64,000 nucleotides of DNA from Chiloscyllium plagiosum. Taxonomy: Eukaryota. The stretch spans positions 72,144,845 through 72,208,844 of the forward strand of contig NC_057711.1 in assembly GCF_004010195.1 (NCBI RefSeq). The letters run 5' to 3'. The translations under genes and the position numbers were made by a program. Shown in pieces: positions 26,201 to 38,942 of this stretch (its first letter is position 1; each line of letters opens with the position of its first letter). Under the pieces are notes generated by a model that saw only the letters and a program-made list of their open reading frames with translations, had not been told where the DNA came from and ran no database searches.

Positions 26201-27776
26201 AACAGGATTCCTATTGAGTGGTCTCGTGACCTCTGTGTTCCTGAGTTCAGTATGCTACTTAACTTCTTTTAGATGTGGTTTAGTGAGATGTTTGAGCTGG
26301 TGGTACTCAATGTGGCAGTCTTGCAATCATGTGTATCTGATAGCTCCAAAGTAAATGTACTGATTTGTAACATAAGTCAGCGGAAAGATCCAATTAGCAA
26401 AAAAGACTGGTTTCCTGGCAGCTGGCCATTGCAAATTCATTGGAATTCAGGGCTGATTTTATGTTTCTGTTGAAATTACTTAAGTTTCAAATGCACACAG
26501 TACTTTTGAAGATGGTGTGTACTTCAGGAATGTAGTTGGTGCGCTGTCCAAATTAGACATCGGAGCTGTTATCTTTGACAGTGGGCTTGTGTTAAGAATG
26601 GAAGTAAGTGAGTCTTACAGAAATTATGAGGCATCATTTACTTTGGCTTGTGGCTTATACAAATCAGTTTAGACAGGAAAAGCACTGAGCAATGCTGATT
26701 GAATTAGCTTGTAATGTTACTAAACTTCTCAGAGGAGAAAGCAGTTTTTCACAACTTCTTCAGTTGATCTACGGCTGTTAATAAACCATTTATTAAAATT
26801 TATGTTCAATAATTATTCAAACTAGTAGCTTTTGTATGATCGATCCTGTTATATAGTGAAAGCCAGTTCTATGAAAAATAAAATACAAAACAAGTTGTTT
26901 TTGTTAATCACTAACTTATAACATGGTCCCAGATTTTAAGAGGACACTGGATGTTGAAGTATAACTGAGCTGAGTAAAATATCATAAAGTAAATCTTACA
27001 GCAATTAATCACATAATATTTCTGAGAAATGTTTCTTCTGTGTTGTATTTGTTTTCATGCTAAGACTTTTTATTCATCAGTTTTGGCGTTCCAATCTAAC
27101 TTACTTTACTGCCTTAAAATGTGGAGGATGGAATTTTCTCTCTCAAAAAATCCTCTTTTTTATGGCTAGGCTAATTATAAAATTACATTTCCTGTCAACT
27201 GCCTCATTATGTTTATGCACAACTCACTGGAAGCTTGCATGTAAAACAAATTACGAGAAGGGTATGCTTTGTGAACTGTTGTGATTTTCAAGAACAGTTG
27301 TTTAAAAATAGAAATGGAAAAATTTGAAAATCCCCAACAGATCAGCGAGCATCTCCGGAGAGAGAACTAGTGCCCAAATGTTTCAGGAGGGTAAGCTGAA
27401 GGTGATGCCGGCAAATTATCAATCTTCGACTTTAATTCAATCTATCCAGCCCCTAATATCCAAACTGATAACAACTTCAGGATGTGCAGCATGTGTACTC
27501 CAGCACAGAAATCCTGAAGTTACAATCTTTCCGTCAGATTACTAACACAGACTTTGCTGTGAACCATCTCCAGTGCTGGTAATCACTTAAGGACAAGACG
27601 TTGAACCTTGTAAATCAGATGTAACTGGACTTTTAGCAGCAATGATATGAATGATATCTGGTGAGCAATAGAACTGGCCCTGATTTTATATAGTATTCAT
27701 AAAGTGATGTTAAATGAAATTCTTAGGGAAGTCAATTTTCATTATTGCTGACATTGTACCTATTGTTAAAGTTCAC

Positions 27777-28050
27777 TGAGAATGTAACTTTAAAAAAAGG
27801 TTTTGGGATTTACATATGAAAGAATTGAAACCAATGTGGTCATTCTAAAAGTTGAGAGATTTAACAAATAATCCAGATCTTTTTCAATATATAATTTCTG
27901 TTACATCATACTGTAACCTTTTGCTATAAATTTTGTGTCTTACAATCTTATTCTCCACAATCACCTGATGAAGGAGCAGCGCTCCGAAAGCTAGTTCTTC
28001 CAATTAAATCTGTTGGCTATAACCTGGGGTTGTCTGATTTTTAACTTTGC
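27777..28050 (+). mobile_element. Penelope-like element terminal segment containing a hammerhead ribozyme
   Basis: AT-rich segment ending cacctgatgaaggagcagcgctccgaaagctagt...aaatctgttggctataacctggggttgtctgatttttaactttg. The tail is shared with 63851-63892. Confidence 0.75.
27962..27996 (+). ncRNA. Minimal type I hammerhead ribozyme motif
   Basis: cac | CTGATGA (27965-71) | A | GGAGC-agc-GCTCC stem II | GAAA (27986-89) | GC, forming palindromic stem III AGCT | triplet CTA (cleavage after 27993) | gtt pairing with cac. Confidence 0.7.
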
Positions 28051-28839
28051 ATTATTGCTTTGTTTCCTGTTTGCATTTTTTTTGAGATTCCTTGAAATTT
28101 GCTACTTAAATGACGTCACTCACACTCCATGCTTTGAAGGCCCAGTAAAGAATTGCTCCAGATGTTACTGCACAATGAGGGAAGTGAAATGCATGTCAAA
28201 AAAATGGTAAAATGTGTCAGACCGAGAGTAATGTTATTTGCTGTTACACTTGTAAGACCAGTCAACAAAGATAGAGCAACTTTTTCTGGCGTGGTTTTCA
28301 CCTTTTGTGATGTTAGCATGAATCTGGTGCAGGTGTGCAGTGATGTCATCAAGCAAGGTGAGCTGCCAGACACATTGATATAGCTGGAAAGACAACTAAT
28401 TAAAAAGTGGAAAAGTACTGAATCCTTTTAAACTTAACTTGAAATTTCAGCTGGTGAAATAACTAAATATGATGGAATAAAACTAGAGTTTAAAACAATC
28501 GTGGAATGTTTTGTTATAGTGGAACAAATTGATGTCTCACAAGTATAAAATAAAGCTTTTCAGGGTCAGTGAGGGTATTCATAAGTAATTATGAAGTTAG
28601 GGTGTTGTTAAACGTTAGTTACATCTCATTCAACAAGGTGTAAAGCTTTTCATTAGTTTTTACAGTGAGTTTAGCAGGATGCAAGTGTAAGTTCATGCCA
28701 GTTCAAAAATTCCCCAGTGATTGCATTCTGTGAGGTCTACTATTGCACAAACTCTGGAGAAGTATGGCATTACGAATTGCAACTTTTGGATTTCCAAGTT
28801 ACTCTACATATGTGCAGAGTTCTGTTTGCTGTTAATTTC

Positions 28840-28925
28840 AATGTTTCTCACTCCACGGGTGTTTCCTGACCTACTTTTACAGCTCAGTCTTTTTATTTTT
28901 GATTTTCAGCATCTGTGGTATTTTC
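28840..28925 (+). mobile_element. Degraded Penelope-like terminal remnant
   Basis: tttctcactccacgggtgtttcctgacctac...tttttatttttgattttcagcatctgtggtatttt is the same motif family on the + strand. Confidence 0.45.
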
Positions 28926-29682
28926 CAATTGTATAACTTTCTTCATGTTCAGTTACAGATAAAAATGACCAGATGTATATTTTTGTGAAGTAGTTGAAGT
29001 AACTTCTTAGTAAACAAGTGATTTTCAGATCTAAGCTCAGTGTTGTGTGGCCTCTCTTTTCCTGTGGGGCTTATGGCCCTGTTGCTTTTGTCAAAGATTC
29101 TTATAGAAACCAGAGATCCATTTTTTGCTAAGTTAAGTACATTTCCCACAATCTTGCCATCGATCTTTTAATATAATTAGCATAAAATTTATGCAGTGTT
29201 CTTAACAGTTGTCTGAATTGTAAAGAAGATTACCAACGATAACCAATTTCATTGTTAACCAACAATGGAGCTAACTGAAGGAATATGGTCCCTGGATCCT
29301 GTAACATAGTGATGCATATCATCTCTCTCCTGACGGTTCTGCACCGTCGTTCACCTGGGTCGAGTTCTTTTCTCATATTTCTAATTGTAGCCAGAGATTT
29401 GTCATCAGTGTCTTCTCTTCCCATTACCACCTAGTTACTCCTGGTGTCCTCCAATCCTTCTCCTTCACCTATTTGTTATTTACTTGCTGTGCTGAGAAAT
29501 TTTTAGGAATTGTTTAAGAGATCAAGGCCTTTTTTGATTTTATCATTTTCACCTAAGTTTCAGGTGTGGAACCAAGATTCTCGCTGGTGAGTGGTGAGAG
29601 GCCTATCGACAGGGATTATTGCGCATTATTACACTCAGTCATAGCTAATTTCACTTCATCAATATGCGGATTCCCATTGTAC

Positions 29683-29880
29683 CAAAGTTGCCATAGTCCT
29701 AGAGGACCACGTGGCTGTTGTCTAATTGTAGTGAGGTGATGGTTGTGGACTGCTCAGGCAAGGAGAGAGTTTGAGAAAGGTGAGACCTTCACAGTAACCT
29801 CAGCAGGTGCTGGAATTGAACCTGTGCTGTTGGTATCACTCTGCGTTGCAAACCAGCTGTCCAGCCAACAGAGCTAACCA
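29683..29880 (-). mobile_element. tRNA-derived SINE
   Basis: The minus strand starts ggttagctctgttggctggacagctgg...caggttcaattccagc (A/B boxes). A second copy lies at 25790-25985. Confidence 0.75.
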
Positions 29881-30019
29881 ATCCCCTGGATCGAAGCAAC
29901 ACCAAGCATTCCTGATGTGGAAGTCTCTAGCTCTCACTGCCTCTTCACATAGCCGACAGCAGAGAGAAACCCTCCATGAAACTCAACAAAAAAAATGACA
30001 CTTTGCCAGTATATGGTCA

Positions 30020-30905
30020 TATGCATCTCAGTGTCATTATTCACATTAAGCCTGATGATATCCAGCTTCCTCTAACCACTAAAGTCCTTGATCCCTTCAC
30101 TGACTCTTCATTGAGCTTGTCTGACTTCCAGTACTGGCTAAGCAGAAAATTCTACGAATTAAATATTAAGGAGATTGAAACCATTACCTTTGGTTTCCAT
30201 CACAAATTCTAATCTCTTGCCATCCATGCCGTCCCTCTCCCTGGCAACTCTCTGAGACTGAGCCTAACATTTTCAAACCGTGGTTTCAGATTCGATGCCA
30301 AGGTGGACTTTCAGTCACATCCATGCTGCCAGTAAGATTATCTGTTTCAACACTGTGGCATCATCCAGCTTCACTCCTGTATAAACTCTGTCGCTGCTGA
30401 AATGCAAAATTGATGCAGTGTATTCCTCATTCATTTCCCACATGCTACCAGCAGTAAACTTAGTCATTCAAAACTCTGCTGTTCATTACCTATTATGCAC
30501 AAAATCCTGTTCACTGATCATGTCTGTTCTCATTATCTACATTGGTCCTGCTTTAAGAAAAACCGTGAGCTTTAAAATTTTCATCTTTATTTTCAAATCC
30601 CTCCATAGTTATGACCCTCATTCTCTAAGTGAACTTCTCCAATCCCACAATTCTTACAATATTGGATTCAAAAATATCTGCACTGCTCTTATTCAAGCTT
30701 TCGAAGTATCTTGAATTTTAATCTCCTCCCAGTCACTTTCATAGGCTTTGCAAAGTTTGCAATCCTCCTTTCAAACCCTCCTTACAATTTGTCTCTGCAA
30801 CCAGGATTTTGAGCATCTGCCCTGAAGTCGCCATATGCCACTTGCCACATTTTATAGTGTCTGTGTGATATTTCGTTATCCTAAAGGTGTGGAAAATACT
30901 TGTTC
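30020..30905 (+). mobile_element. Degraded L2 LINE 3' portion
   Basis: cctgatgatatccagctt (xxDDIQL, the RT YADD region), IQNSA and FKIFIFIFKSLH motifs in ORFs 29976-30212 and 30418-30714. Confidence 0.7.
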
Positions 30906-30949
30906 CATCTTCATTGTTTTGTAACTTTGAGATGTTTCTCTATTCTCAT

Positions 30950-31850
30950 AGACAGTTCCAGGATTTTGACTTCGCAATACTGCAGAAATGGTAATATATT
31001 TCCGAATCAGGGTTGTGATTGGAGGGGAACTTGCAGGTGGTGACGTTCCCATGTATCTGGTGCCTTTGTCCTTCCAGTTGGAAGGGGTATTGGTTTCAGA
31101 AGGTGCTGTCTTAGGAGCCTTCATGTGTTTCAGGGTGAGCAGGAATCTTGTGTCGGCCATTGTACATCAATGGTGATGGGAACGAATGCTGAAGTGGATA
31201 GGGTGCCAACCAATGCGGCTATTTTGTCCTGGATGGTGTCAAGCTTTTTCAGTATTGCTGGAGCTGCACTCATCCATACAATTGGAGAATATTTCATCAC
31301 ACTCCTGACATCTGCCTTGTAAATGGTGAGCATGCTCTTGGGAGGCATGAGTTATAGAGGAATCAAGGCTATGGGAATAGGGCAGGAAATGGAGGTAAGG
31401 AGTATCAGATCAGCCATGATCCTATTGAAGAGCTGAATGGCTTACTCCTGTTCCTATTTCTTATGGGCTTATGATTTAGCCACTGTAGAACTCCTACTAT
31501 CTACTGTTCTTAAAACCACACTATTTGCATGGCTGTCCAGTTCAGACTCTGTTAAGTACTTACTCCAGGAATGTTCACAGTGGGGGGGGATCTAGCGATG
31601 GTATTACCATTGATTGTCAAGATATGATAATTTGATTCTGCATGGTCATTGCCTGGTACTTGTATGACATGAATATCACTTGCAGGGTTATCAGCCTAAT
31701 CTTGGATATTGTCCAGGTCTTGCTGCATTTGAACATGGACTGCTTCAATATCTGAGGATTTGCACAAGTCGCTGAACATTTTGCAATCACCAGCGAACAC
31801 ATCCAATTCTGACCTTCTGATGAATGGAAGGTTGTAATTGGATGTGTTCA
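30950..31850 (-). mobile_element. Non-LTR LINE fragment (same family as 23910-26200), interrupted by a + strand CR1 tail at about 31352-31475
   Basis: ORF 31130-31348 (-) reads IYKADVRSVMKYSPIVWMSAAPAILKKLDTIQDK, an RT C-terminal/thumb motif. Confidence 0.75.
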
Positions 31851-32134
31851 TTGAAGGAAATTAAAATAGTTATAATTGTTAAGAAAAGGATACTGAGAAA
31901 ACTATCAGTGCGAAAGGCTGAGCCTGATTGTGACTTCATTCTGCAATCTTGAAAGAATTGCTGCGAAGATAGTGGATACATCAGTTATAATTTTTCTAAA
32001 ATTTCCTACAGTCTGGAAAGGTAATCTCAGATTGGAAAATAACAGTAGTAACTTGCTACTCAAAAAGGGAGCCAGTCACAAAGTAGAAGACCACAGATCA
32101 GTTAGCCTGACAGCCATCATAGGGCAAATATGAG

Positions 32135-33130
32135 CCCAAGAATTAGATACTGGAGTAAGCAATTCAGTTCATTGAGTGTGCTTCACCATTCATTGAGAAT
32201 AAGGCTGATTTAATAATTCTCAACTCCAGTTTCCTGCCTTTTCCCATAAGTCTTGAGTCTCATACTGATTAAAAATCTGTCCAGACTCAACAGCCCTCTG
32301 CAGTAAAGATTCACAACCCTCTGGGAGAAAAAAATGACTCCATCTCTATCTTAAAAGTGCAACCCCTCATTCTGAAATTTTACCCTCTGGTCCTCGACTC
32401 TTCTTAAAGAGAAAGCAACTCTTCTGTATCTATGCTGTCAAGTTCCTCCTAAGAATCTTGTATGTCAGTAAGAGTACCTATCTTTCTTCCAGTGAGTACA
32501 GTCTCAATGTAGTCAACTCTTCTCATAAGACAACTCCTAAACCTAAATCCTATCCAGTATATCTTTCCTTAGACAGAATCCCTGCAGTGTGGAAGCAGGC
32601 CATTTGGCCCATCAAGTCTGCACTAACCCTCTGAAGAGCATCCCATCCAGATGCAAACTCACCCCACCCTATCTTTGCAACCCTGCGTTTCCCATAGCTA
32701 ACCCATCTGGCTGGATATGGGCAATTTAGCATGAACAATTCACCTAACCTGCACATGGACTGTAAAGGAAGCTGGAGCACCTGGAGGAAACCCACACAGA
32801 CACAGGCAGAATGTGCAAACTCCCACACAGACAGTCGCCCAAGGCTGGAATCGAACCTTGGTCCCTGGTGCTATGAAGCAACAGCGCTAACCACTGAGCC
32901 ACCGTATCACCCTAAGACAAGAGCTTGAAAATTCTTCACAGCTTTGGCCTGACTGGTGCCTTGTATAGCTTTAGCAAAACCTCCTTACTTTTATACTCCA
33001 CTTCCTTTGACATAAAGCCCAGCATTCCATCTGTTTTCCTTATTTCTCATAGAACTTGGACACTAACCTTTTGTGATTCATTGTCACATTATATTCCATC
33101 TTCCAAGTTTTTGCACATGTTTAACCTGTC
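32135..33130 (-). mobile_element. CR1 3' portion (hosts the V-SINE at 32571-32912)
   Basis: aagaattagatactggagtaagcaattcag...agattcacaaccctctgggagaaaaaa...ccctctggtcctcgactc is the reverse complement of a CR1 3' end. Confidence 0.7.
32571..32912 (-). mobile_element. Full-length HE1-type V-SINE nested in a CR1 fragment
   Basis: tRNA head (gggtgatacggtggctcagtggttagcgctg...ggttcgattcc on the minus strand), V-domain and LINE-derived tail. A possible TSD is cttagaca/ctaagaca. Confidence 0.88.
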
Positions 33131-33179
33131 TATATCCCTCTGCATCCTCACCTCTAGCCTTTCCACCTTTTTTTTATGT

Positions 33180-34010
33180 TACCCAGTCATGGCTGATCTG
33201 ATTGTAACCTCAAATCTGCAATCCCGCCTACTTCTGGTAACCTTTCTTTTACAAGAATCTTGCTTCCGACTTTAAAAATATTCAAGGGCTGTGCTTCTCC
33301 CATCTTCCCAGTAAGTGAATTCTGAAGACTCTCAACACTCAGAGAGAAAAAGTATTACTTCATGTCTTAAATGGTGACACCTGATTTTTAAACAGTGACC
33401 CCGGCTCTAGATTCTCCCATAAGAGGCAACATCATCCCAACATCTACTCTGTCAAGACCCTTCAGTATCTCATCCATTTCAATCAAATCACCTCTCATAA
33501 AATGCAAGGGGTATGAGCCAAGCCTGCCCAACGTTTCCTCATAATGCAACTGCTGCATTCTGAGGATTAGTCCAGTAAGCCTTTCTTAAAATGCTTCCAA
33601 CGGATTTACATCCTTCCTTAAATAAGGTGACCAATATTGCGCATAGCACGCCAGATATAGCCTCACATTGTGCTATAGAACTGAAGCATAACTTGACTAA
33701 CTTTGTATTTAATTCTCCTAATGACAAACAACAACATTTTATCAGCTTTCCTCCTTAGTTGCTATATCTCAATGCTAACCTTTTGCGATTCATGCATGAG
33801 AATGCCCAGATTCCTCTATATTTCAAAGCTCTGCAATTTCTCACCATTTAGAAAATATCTTTTTTATTCTCTCTACTAAAATGGATAATTTTATGTTTCC
33901 ACACATTATACTTCATTTGGTGGATCTATGCTCGTTTATTTAACCTGTTTATATCTTTCTGTTGCCTCCTCATGTCCTGTTCACGACTTAATTTCCTATG
34001 TATCCTTGGG
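33180..34010 (-). mobile_element. CR1 3' portion
   Basis: catggctgatctgattgtaacctc...tccttccttaaataaggtgaccaatattgcgcatagcacgccagat (LxYCAQYWSPYLRKD on the minus strand). Confidence 0.75.
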
Positions 34011-34429
34011 CCGTGTTATAGATCTGTCACTAAGGAAGTTATGACAAAGTGCTTAGGAAGTCTGAATGCAATCATGCAGAGTCAACATAGTTTTCTGAAA
34101 AGGAAATTGTATTTGGCAAATTTTTATGTTCTTTGAGAAAATAAGAAGGAAGATGGATAAAGAGGAATCTGTCGACATGGTCTCCATGATTTACAAAAGG
34201 CACAAGGTAGAATATCAAATGTTACTACATAAGATAAGCGTACATTGTGTTATAGGTAACATATAATATGGAGAGAGAATTAATTAATTAACACAAAGCA
34301 ATGAGGAAGTTAATATAGGTCAGTTTTGGATTGGGGTGCAACAGTGATTGCATACTATATCAGTAACTTGGATGAAGGGACAGGTTGTAAAGTTGCTGAT
34401 GATATAAAGACATGTGAAGAGAACGCTTT

Positions 34430-35118
34430 AATTCATTCATAGGTTGTGGGTATTGCTGGATTGGCCAGTATTTATTGCCCATCCCTAATTGCCCTTGAGA
34501 AGGTGGTCGTGAGCTACCTTCTTGAACCACTGCAGTCTGTGTGCTGTAGGTAGACCCAGAAAGCCATTGGACAGGGAGCTCTAGGATTTTGAGCTAGTGA
34601 CACTGAAGGAACAGGGATATATTTCCCAGTCAGCATGCAGAGTTGCTTGGAGGGGAATTTACAGGTGGTGGTGTTCCCGTGTAGCTGCTTTCCTTGCTCT
34701 TTTATATGGGAGTGGCTGTGGGATTGGAAGGTGCTGTCTTTGTTTAATTTCTGCAGTACATCTTGTAAGAATTACACACTACTGCTACTGAGCAATGATG
34801 GTGGTAAGAGTGGATGTTTGTGGATGTAGTGCTAATCGAACAGACTACTATTTCCTGGATGGTATCAAGCTTCTTGAGTGTTGTTCGAGTTCATTCAAGT
34901 AACTGGTTTGATTTGAACCTGATTTGAGCCATCTAAATGGTGGATGGGCTTTCAGAGTCAGGAGGTGAGCTACACCCCACCTGATTCCTAGCCTCAGACC
35001 TGCCCTTGTAGCCACATTATTTACTTGGCTAGTACAGTTCAGTTTCTGGTCAGTGGCAACCCCAGGCTGTTGCTAATTGGAGACTCAGCAATGATAATGC
35101 CATTAAAAGTCATGGGGC
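34430..35118 (-). mobile_element. Non-LTR LINE 3' end (same family)
   Basis: ggccagtatttattgcccatccctaattgcccttgagaaggtggtcgtgagctaccttcttgaaccactgcagtc. Confidence 0.8.
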
Positions 35119-37698
35119 ATAAAGACTGTACAAAAGGATAGTTTAAGTGAGTGAGGACAAATTTGACAGGTGAAGTATTATGTGGCATAGTGTGAAATTG
35201 TATGCTTTGGAGGAAGAATGGTTTAAATAGGGAGAGACAGTGGATTTATACACGAACGTGGGTGTGTTGGTAAGTGAACCCTAAAAGGTTAGAATGAAGG
35301 ATTAGGAATGCAAATGAAGTTTGCATTAAATGAGGTTTTGTTAAAGTTGTAAAGAGATATGCTGAGATGACATCTGGAGTACAGTTTTTTTTCCTTAATA
35401 AAACATATAATTGCACAAGAAACAGTTCAGAAACAATTCAGTTGAGTGATTCCGGGGATTAAGTGGTCATTTTATGAGGCAAGGTTGGACAGGTTGGGCC
35501 TGTAATCATGTTTTGAAGAATGACGTATAACTCTATGACTATATGACTCTATAATAGGCAATTGTAATGAAATGTATCAGATCCTGCACATTAATATTTA
35601 GTGCCTTAAACATTTCAATATTCAATGGGTATTCTGGTAGCCAGAGCCACTGTCAAAGCTTGTTAAGTGGTGAGGTGCAAAAGGCTTCTGAATGCACAAG
35701 GAGGGATGTATCCTGCAGGATGCTGAGAAGATAGTTCATGATCCTTTACATTTTGGTTCATCTAAGTTTGCTAGGTGCAAATGTGTCCATTAAAGGAAAA
35801 TGTTGACTGTATGATTTAGTGTTTTGGGCTTTGTCCTGTATTAAAAGATCTCAGTGGCACAGGAGAATATATTGTTACTATGGGGGAGGATAACAATGAG
35901 GCTTTGAGGCCTCTTTACCAGTCTAGACAAGAAAGTGACAGGAAATGAGCTACAGAAAATGTTTTGGTGTCCCTGAGGCAGATTCTTTGAGAACTGCTGT
36001 CGTCTTGCAGTGTAAGGGAAGTCTTTTGTGAAAGCAGGCTCCATCTGTACAGACAGTTTGAAGCTAGCAAAGCTCATAATTTGTTTTCAGTTTTATGGGG
36101 GAAGTTTAAAAGGCTTTGCATGATTGGGCTTGGTTATCCTGGTGACCATTTTGGAACCCCTTGACCTTGATTCTGTGTGAAATATTTCCAACTGCATGTG
36201 AGCTAAGTGTGAGGATTTATTTATGCCCCTTTTCGGCAGCTGATTATCATCTGAATGAGTGTAAGTAGGACTTGTTTTCAGTTGTAGGGACATCTCCCTT
36301 GTTGGAAAGTGGGATCCATGATTGACAGAAGTGTGCCTTCTCTTGATCAAATGGAACATTGTACCATTGAAACCTCTGTGGAAACTATGGAGTAGATTTT
36401 GCACTTCCATGTTAGTGCGCTGATAGTTCCAATGGGTGGCTTTCCTATCATCCACCACAACCTGTCTGAAATTATGCAGTTGAGTGATAGGGATGCATTG
36501 GGTGTCCTTCCTGCCTTTGGGCCTATTGAATCTCTGGGTATGGGTTACATCCCACCACTGCGAGTCTTTTATACAGGCTTGGAGGGACACAGTCAATGTA
36601 AGGAGTCTGGCAGTTTTGCCTGTGTGGGCTGGTGTCAGGCAATGGACTAGGGAACCTCATTCAAAGGTCCCTTAGGTCCATCAGAGGCACCCTAACCAGC
36701 TGTCTTTGCACCCAGCCCCTTGAAGCTCACTTTCCTTTCCTGCTATATGTAGTCCGTCACCTTCGCTCCCCATCGCTTCAATCGCAAACCCCAGATGTAC
36801 CTGGGCTTCTCAGCATAGTGTATCTGCCAGCAATGGGGGAAATGGGAGATTAGTGAAAGGTGAGTTATTCAATAGACTACAAGTTAGATACTTGGTCTCA
36901 CAATTGAGGCAGATGCCTCTCAATACAGCAACAACTCATGGGACCAAGGTTGAACTGTCGTGCTGCAGCTGTTAGGATCGAGGGCCTCCCCACCTTGGCA
37001 CGGGAGGGCAGGCTCAGAGACCATGGTGCACCATAAAATACACTCCCTCATCTTCTGTTACCTTATGCCAGTTGAAAAAGGGAGGTGGGAAGGTGAGAGT
37101 CCTTTAGATTAATATGCTGAAATGTGAGAAGAATCATTAAATACAAAACCAAAAGCTGTGTTCACAGCAGGGCTGTTGTGAAGAATAATTCTCTGAAGAT
37201 TGCGATTGGTTCCTTTCTTCCAGGGATAAAAAGGGCAATTATTTCACTATTAATGAAATGAATGCCTACAAAGGAAGGGCAGGCCTTTTGGAACAACTTG
37301 GAATTCTTGCTGTTGTGGCTGGTTTCCCTGAGTGACAGTGACCTATCCTAGATTGTGCCTTTGTGATTTTACTGCATTCTGAGGCCGTAGACATGTATGA
37401 ATAATCTGTTCTAAGGAATTGCATGCTGGCTATCACTGATCATCTTGATCTTCAGTGCAGTGCAAGGGCGTTTTGTCCCTGGTTTGCTTTTTACAGTCGC
37501 CGCATTGGCGAAACCTTGTTCACAGAAATAATCGAAATGCCATCAATGCGCTTTTGTAGGCTCTGTGTTAGAATAAAAGATGAGCTTTATTCTCTTACAG
37601 TTTCACTTAAGAAACCGCAACAGTAGCTTTTTGACAACATGGGCAGATTAGGCTGGCAATGCATATTCAAATTTGTACATGGAGCAACAATGCATTTC

Positions 37699-37864
37699 GA
37701 GTCATAGAGATGTACAGCACAGAAGTAGACCCTTCAGTCCAACTTGTCCATGCCGACCATATATCCTAAACTAATCCCAACCCATTTGCCAGCACTTAGC
37801 CCATATCCCTCTAAATCCTTCCTAGTCATGTACCCATAAAGGTGCCTTTTAGATGTTGTAATTG
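37699..37864 (-). mobile_element. CR1/HER1-type 3' end
   Basis: gagtcatagagatgtacagcacagaagtagacccttcagtccaacttgtccatgccgacc. Confidence 0.85.
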
Positions 37865-38618
37865 GGTCCGTTTATTGAATAACCTACTGGAGACACTGAA
37901 AACACAAGTTTCCTTTCTGTTACCAGTTACAGTTCAGGAAGAATTCACTGGTCATTCCTGACTTTAGGAGCTGGTACGTTTGGATGCTATTTAATTTCTG
38001 TCATATGACAGAAAACCTTACTATGAATGGAATAGTATTGGATAATAGTTAATCTTCTAAGAAATGTGGGCAGTCTCTGTTGCTGTTTATATGAGAGTTG
38101 ATCTGGGTCTTGTGTGAGCCAAGTCTTATAAGACATGTACAGTGCACTTAGCCTCAGAATTGTCCTCAGGAGTGGCATGCAGTGAATGGTGCTTCAAAAA
38201 TCTTGATTTTAGTAGACATTGTATGAGGTTGAGGACACCAAGATCATTTTTTGGCTTGTGTACACATCAGATGGATGATTGCTTTCTCCTTGGCTCCAGT
38301 AGAGATCCAAGCTATATTAATGAATGTACTTTACTGTAATATTTCCGACAAGCTGCCATTGTTCAATGAGAGGTGTCTGACTGCTTGCTGATGGGGGAAG
38401 AGAACTGGGTGGGGACAGTGTTGGACAGATCAGGCAGTTCTGCCTCAGAACCAAGCTAGAAATGGGCACTTAAAGGATAAGGAAGGAGGATAAGTGACTG
38501 AGGAGATTTACGTGAAGTCAGAATTGGAGGACAATTTAGAGCAGTCTAAAATAGCATTTTTTAATGATTCACCATTTTACCTGCTAGAAGAACAAAATTA
38601 CACTGAGATCTTACAATC

Positions 38619-38942
38619 AGATTAGATTAGATCACCTACAGTGTGGAAAAAGGCCATTTGGCCCAACAAATACACACACCGACCCTCCAAAGAATAATCC
38701 ACCCAGACCTATTCCCCTACCCTATATTTACCCCTGACTAATGTAGCTAACATTACAGGCAATTGAGCATGACCAATTCACCTGACCTGCACATTGGATT
38801 GTGGGAGGAAACCGGAACACCCGGAGGCAGATGCAGGAAGAATGTGCAAACTCCACACAGGCAGTCGCCTGAGGCAGGAATCGTACCCGGTTCCCTGGCG
38901 CTGTGAGGCAGCAGTGCTAACCACTCAGTCACTATGCTGCCC
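38619..38942 (-). mobile_element. Full-length HE1-type V-SINE (tRNA-derived)
   Basis: The minus strand starts GGGCAGCATAGTGACTGAGTGGTTAGCACTGCTGCCTCACAGCGCCAGGGAACCGGGTACGATTCC (A/B boxes), contains the V-domain core tgtgtggagtttgcacattct, and ends in a (TCTAA)n tail. Confidence 0.9.

Larger units (their letters stand above)
31860..35520 (+). mobile_element. Old CR1 ORF2 split into three pieces (about 31860-32130, 34020-34420, 35120-35520) by later insertions
   Basis: Collinear RT motifs: ...KKGASHKVEDHRSVSLTAIIGQ, then QSQHSFLKRK...VADDIK, then a degraded WQxxYNVxKCEIVxFGRKN-like segment and C-terminus. Confidence 0.6.

Noticed and set aside
36093..36596. Longest ORF in the window (167 aa, minus strand)
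   Set aside because: No recognisable domain or convincing exon structure. An ORF this long can arise by chance in a locally GC-richer block, or it may be a repeat relic.
38870..38942. tRNA-like heads (also about 32840-32912 and 29810-29880) as tRNA genes
   Set aside because: They continue into SINE bodies and lack an intact cloverleaf.
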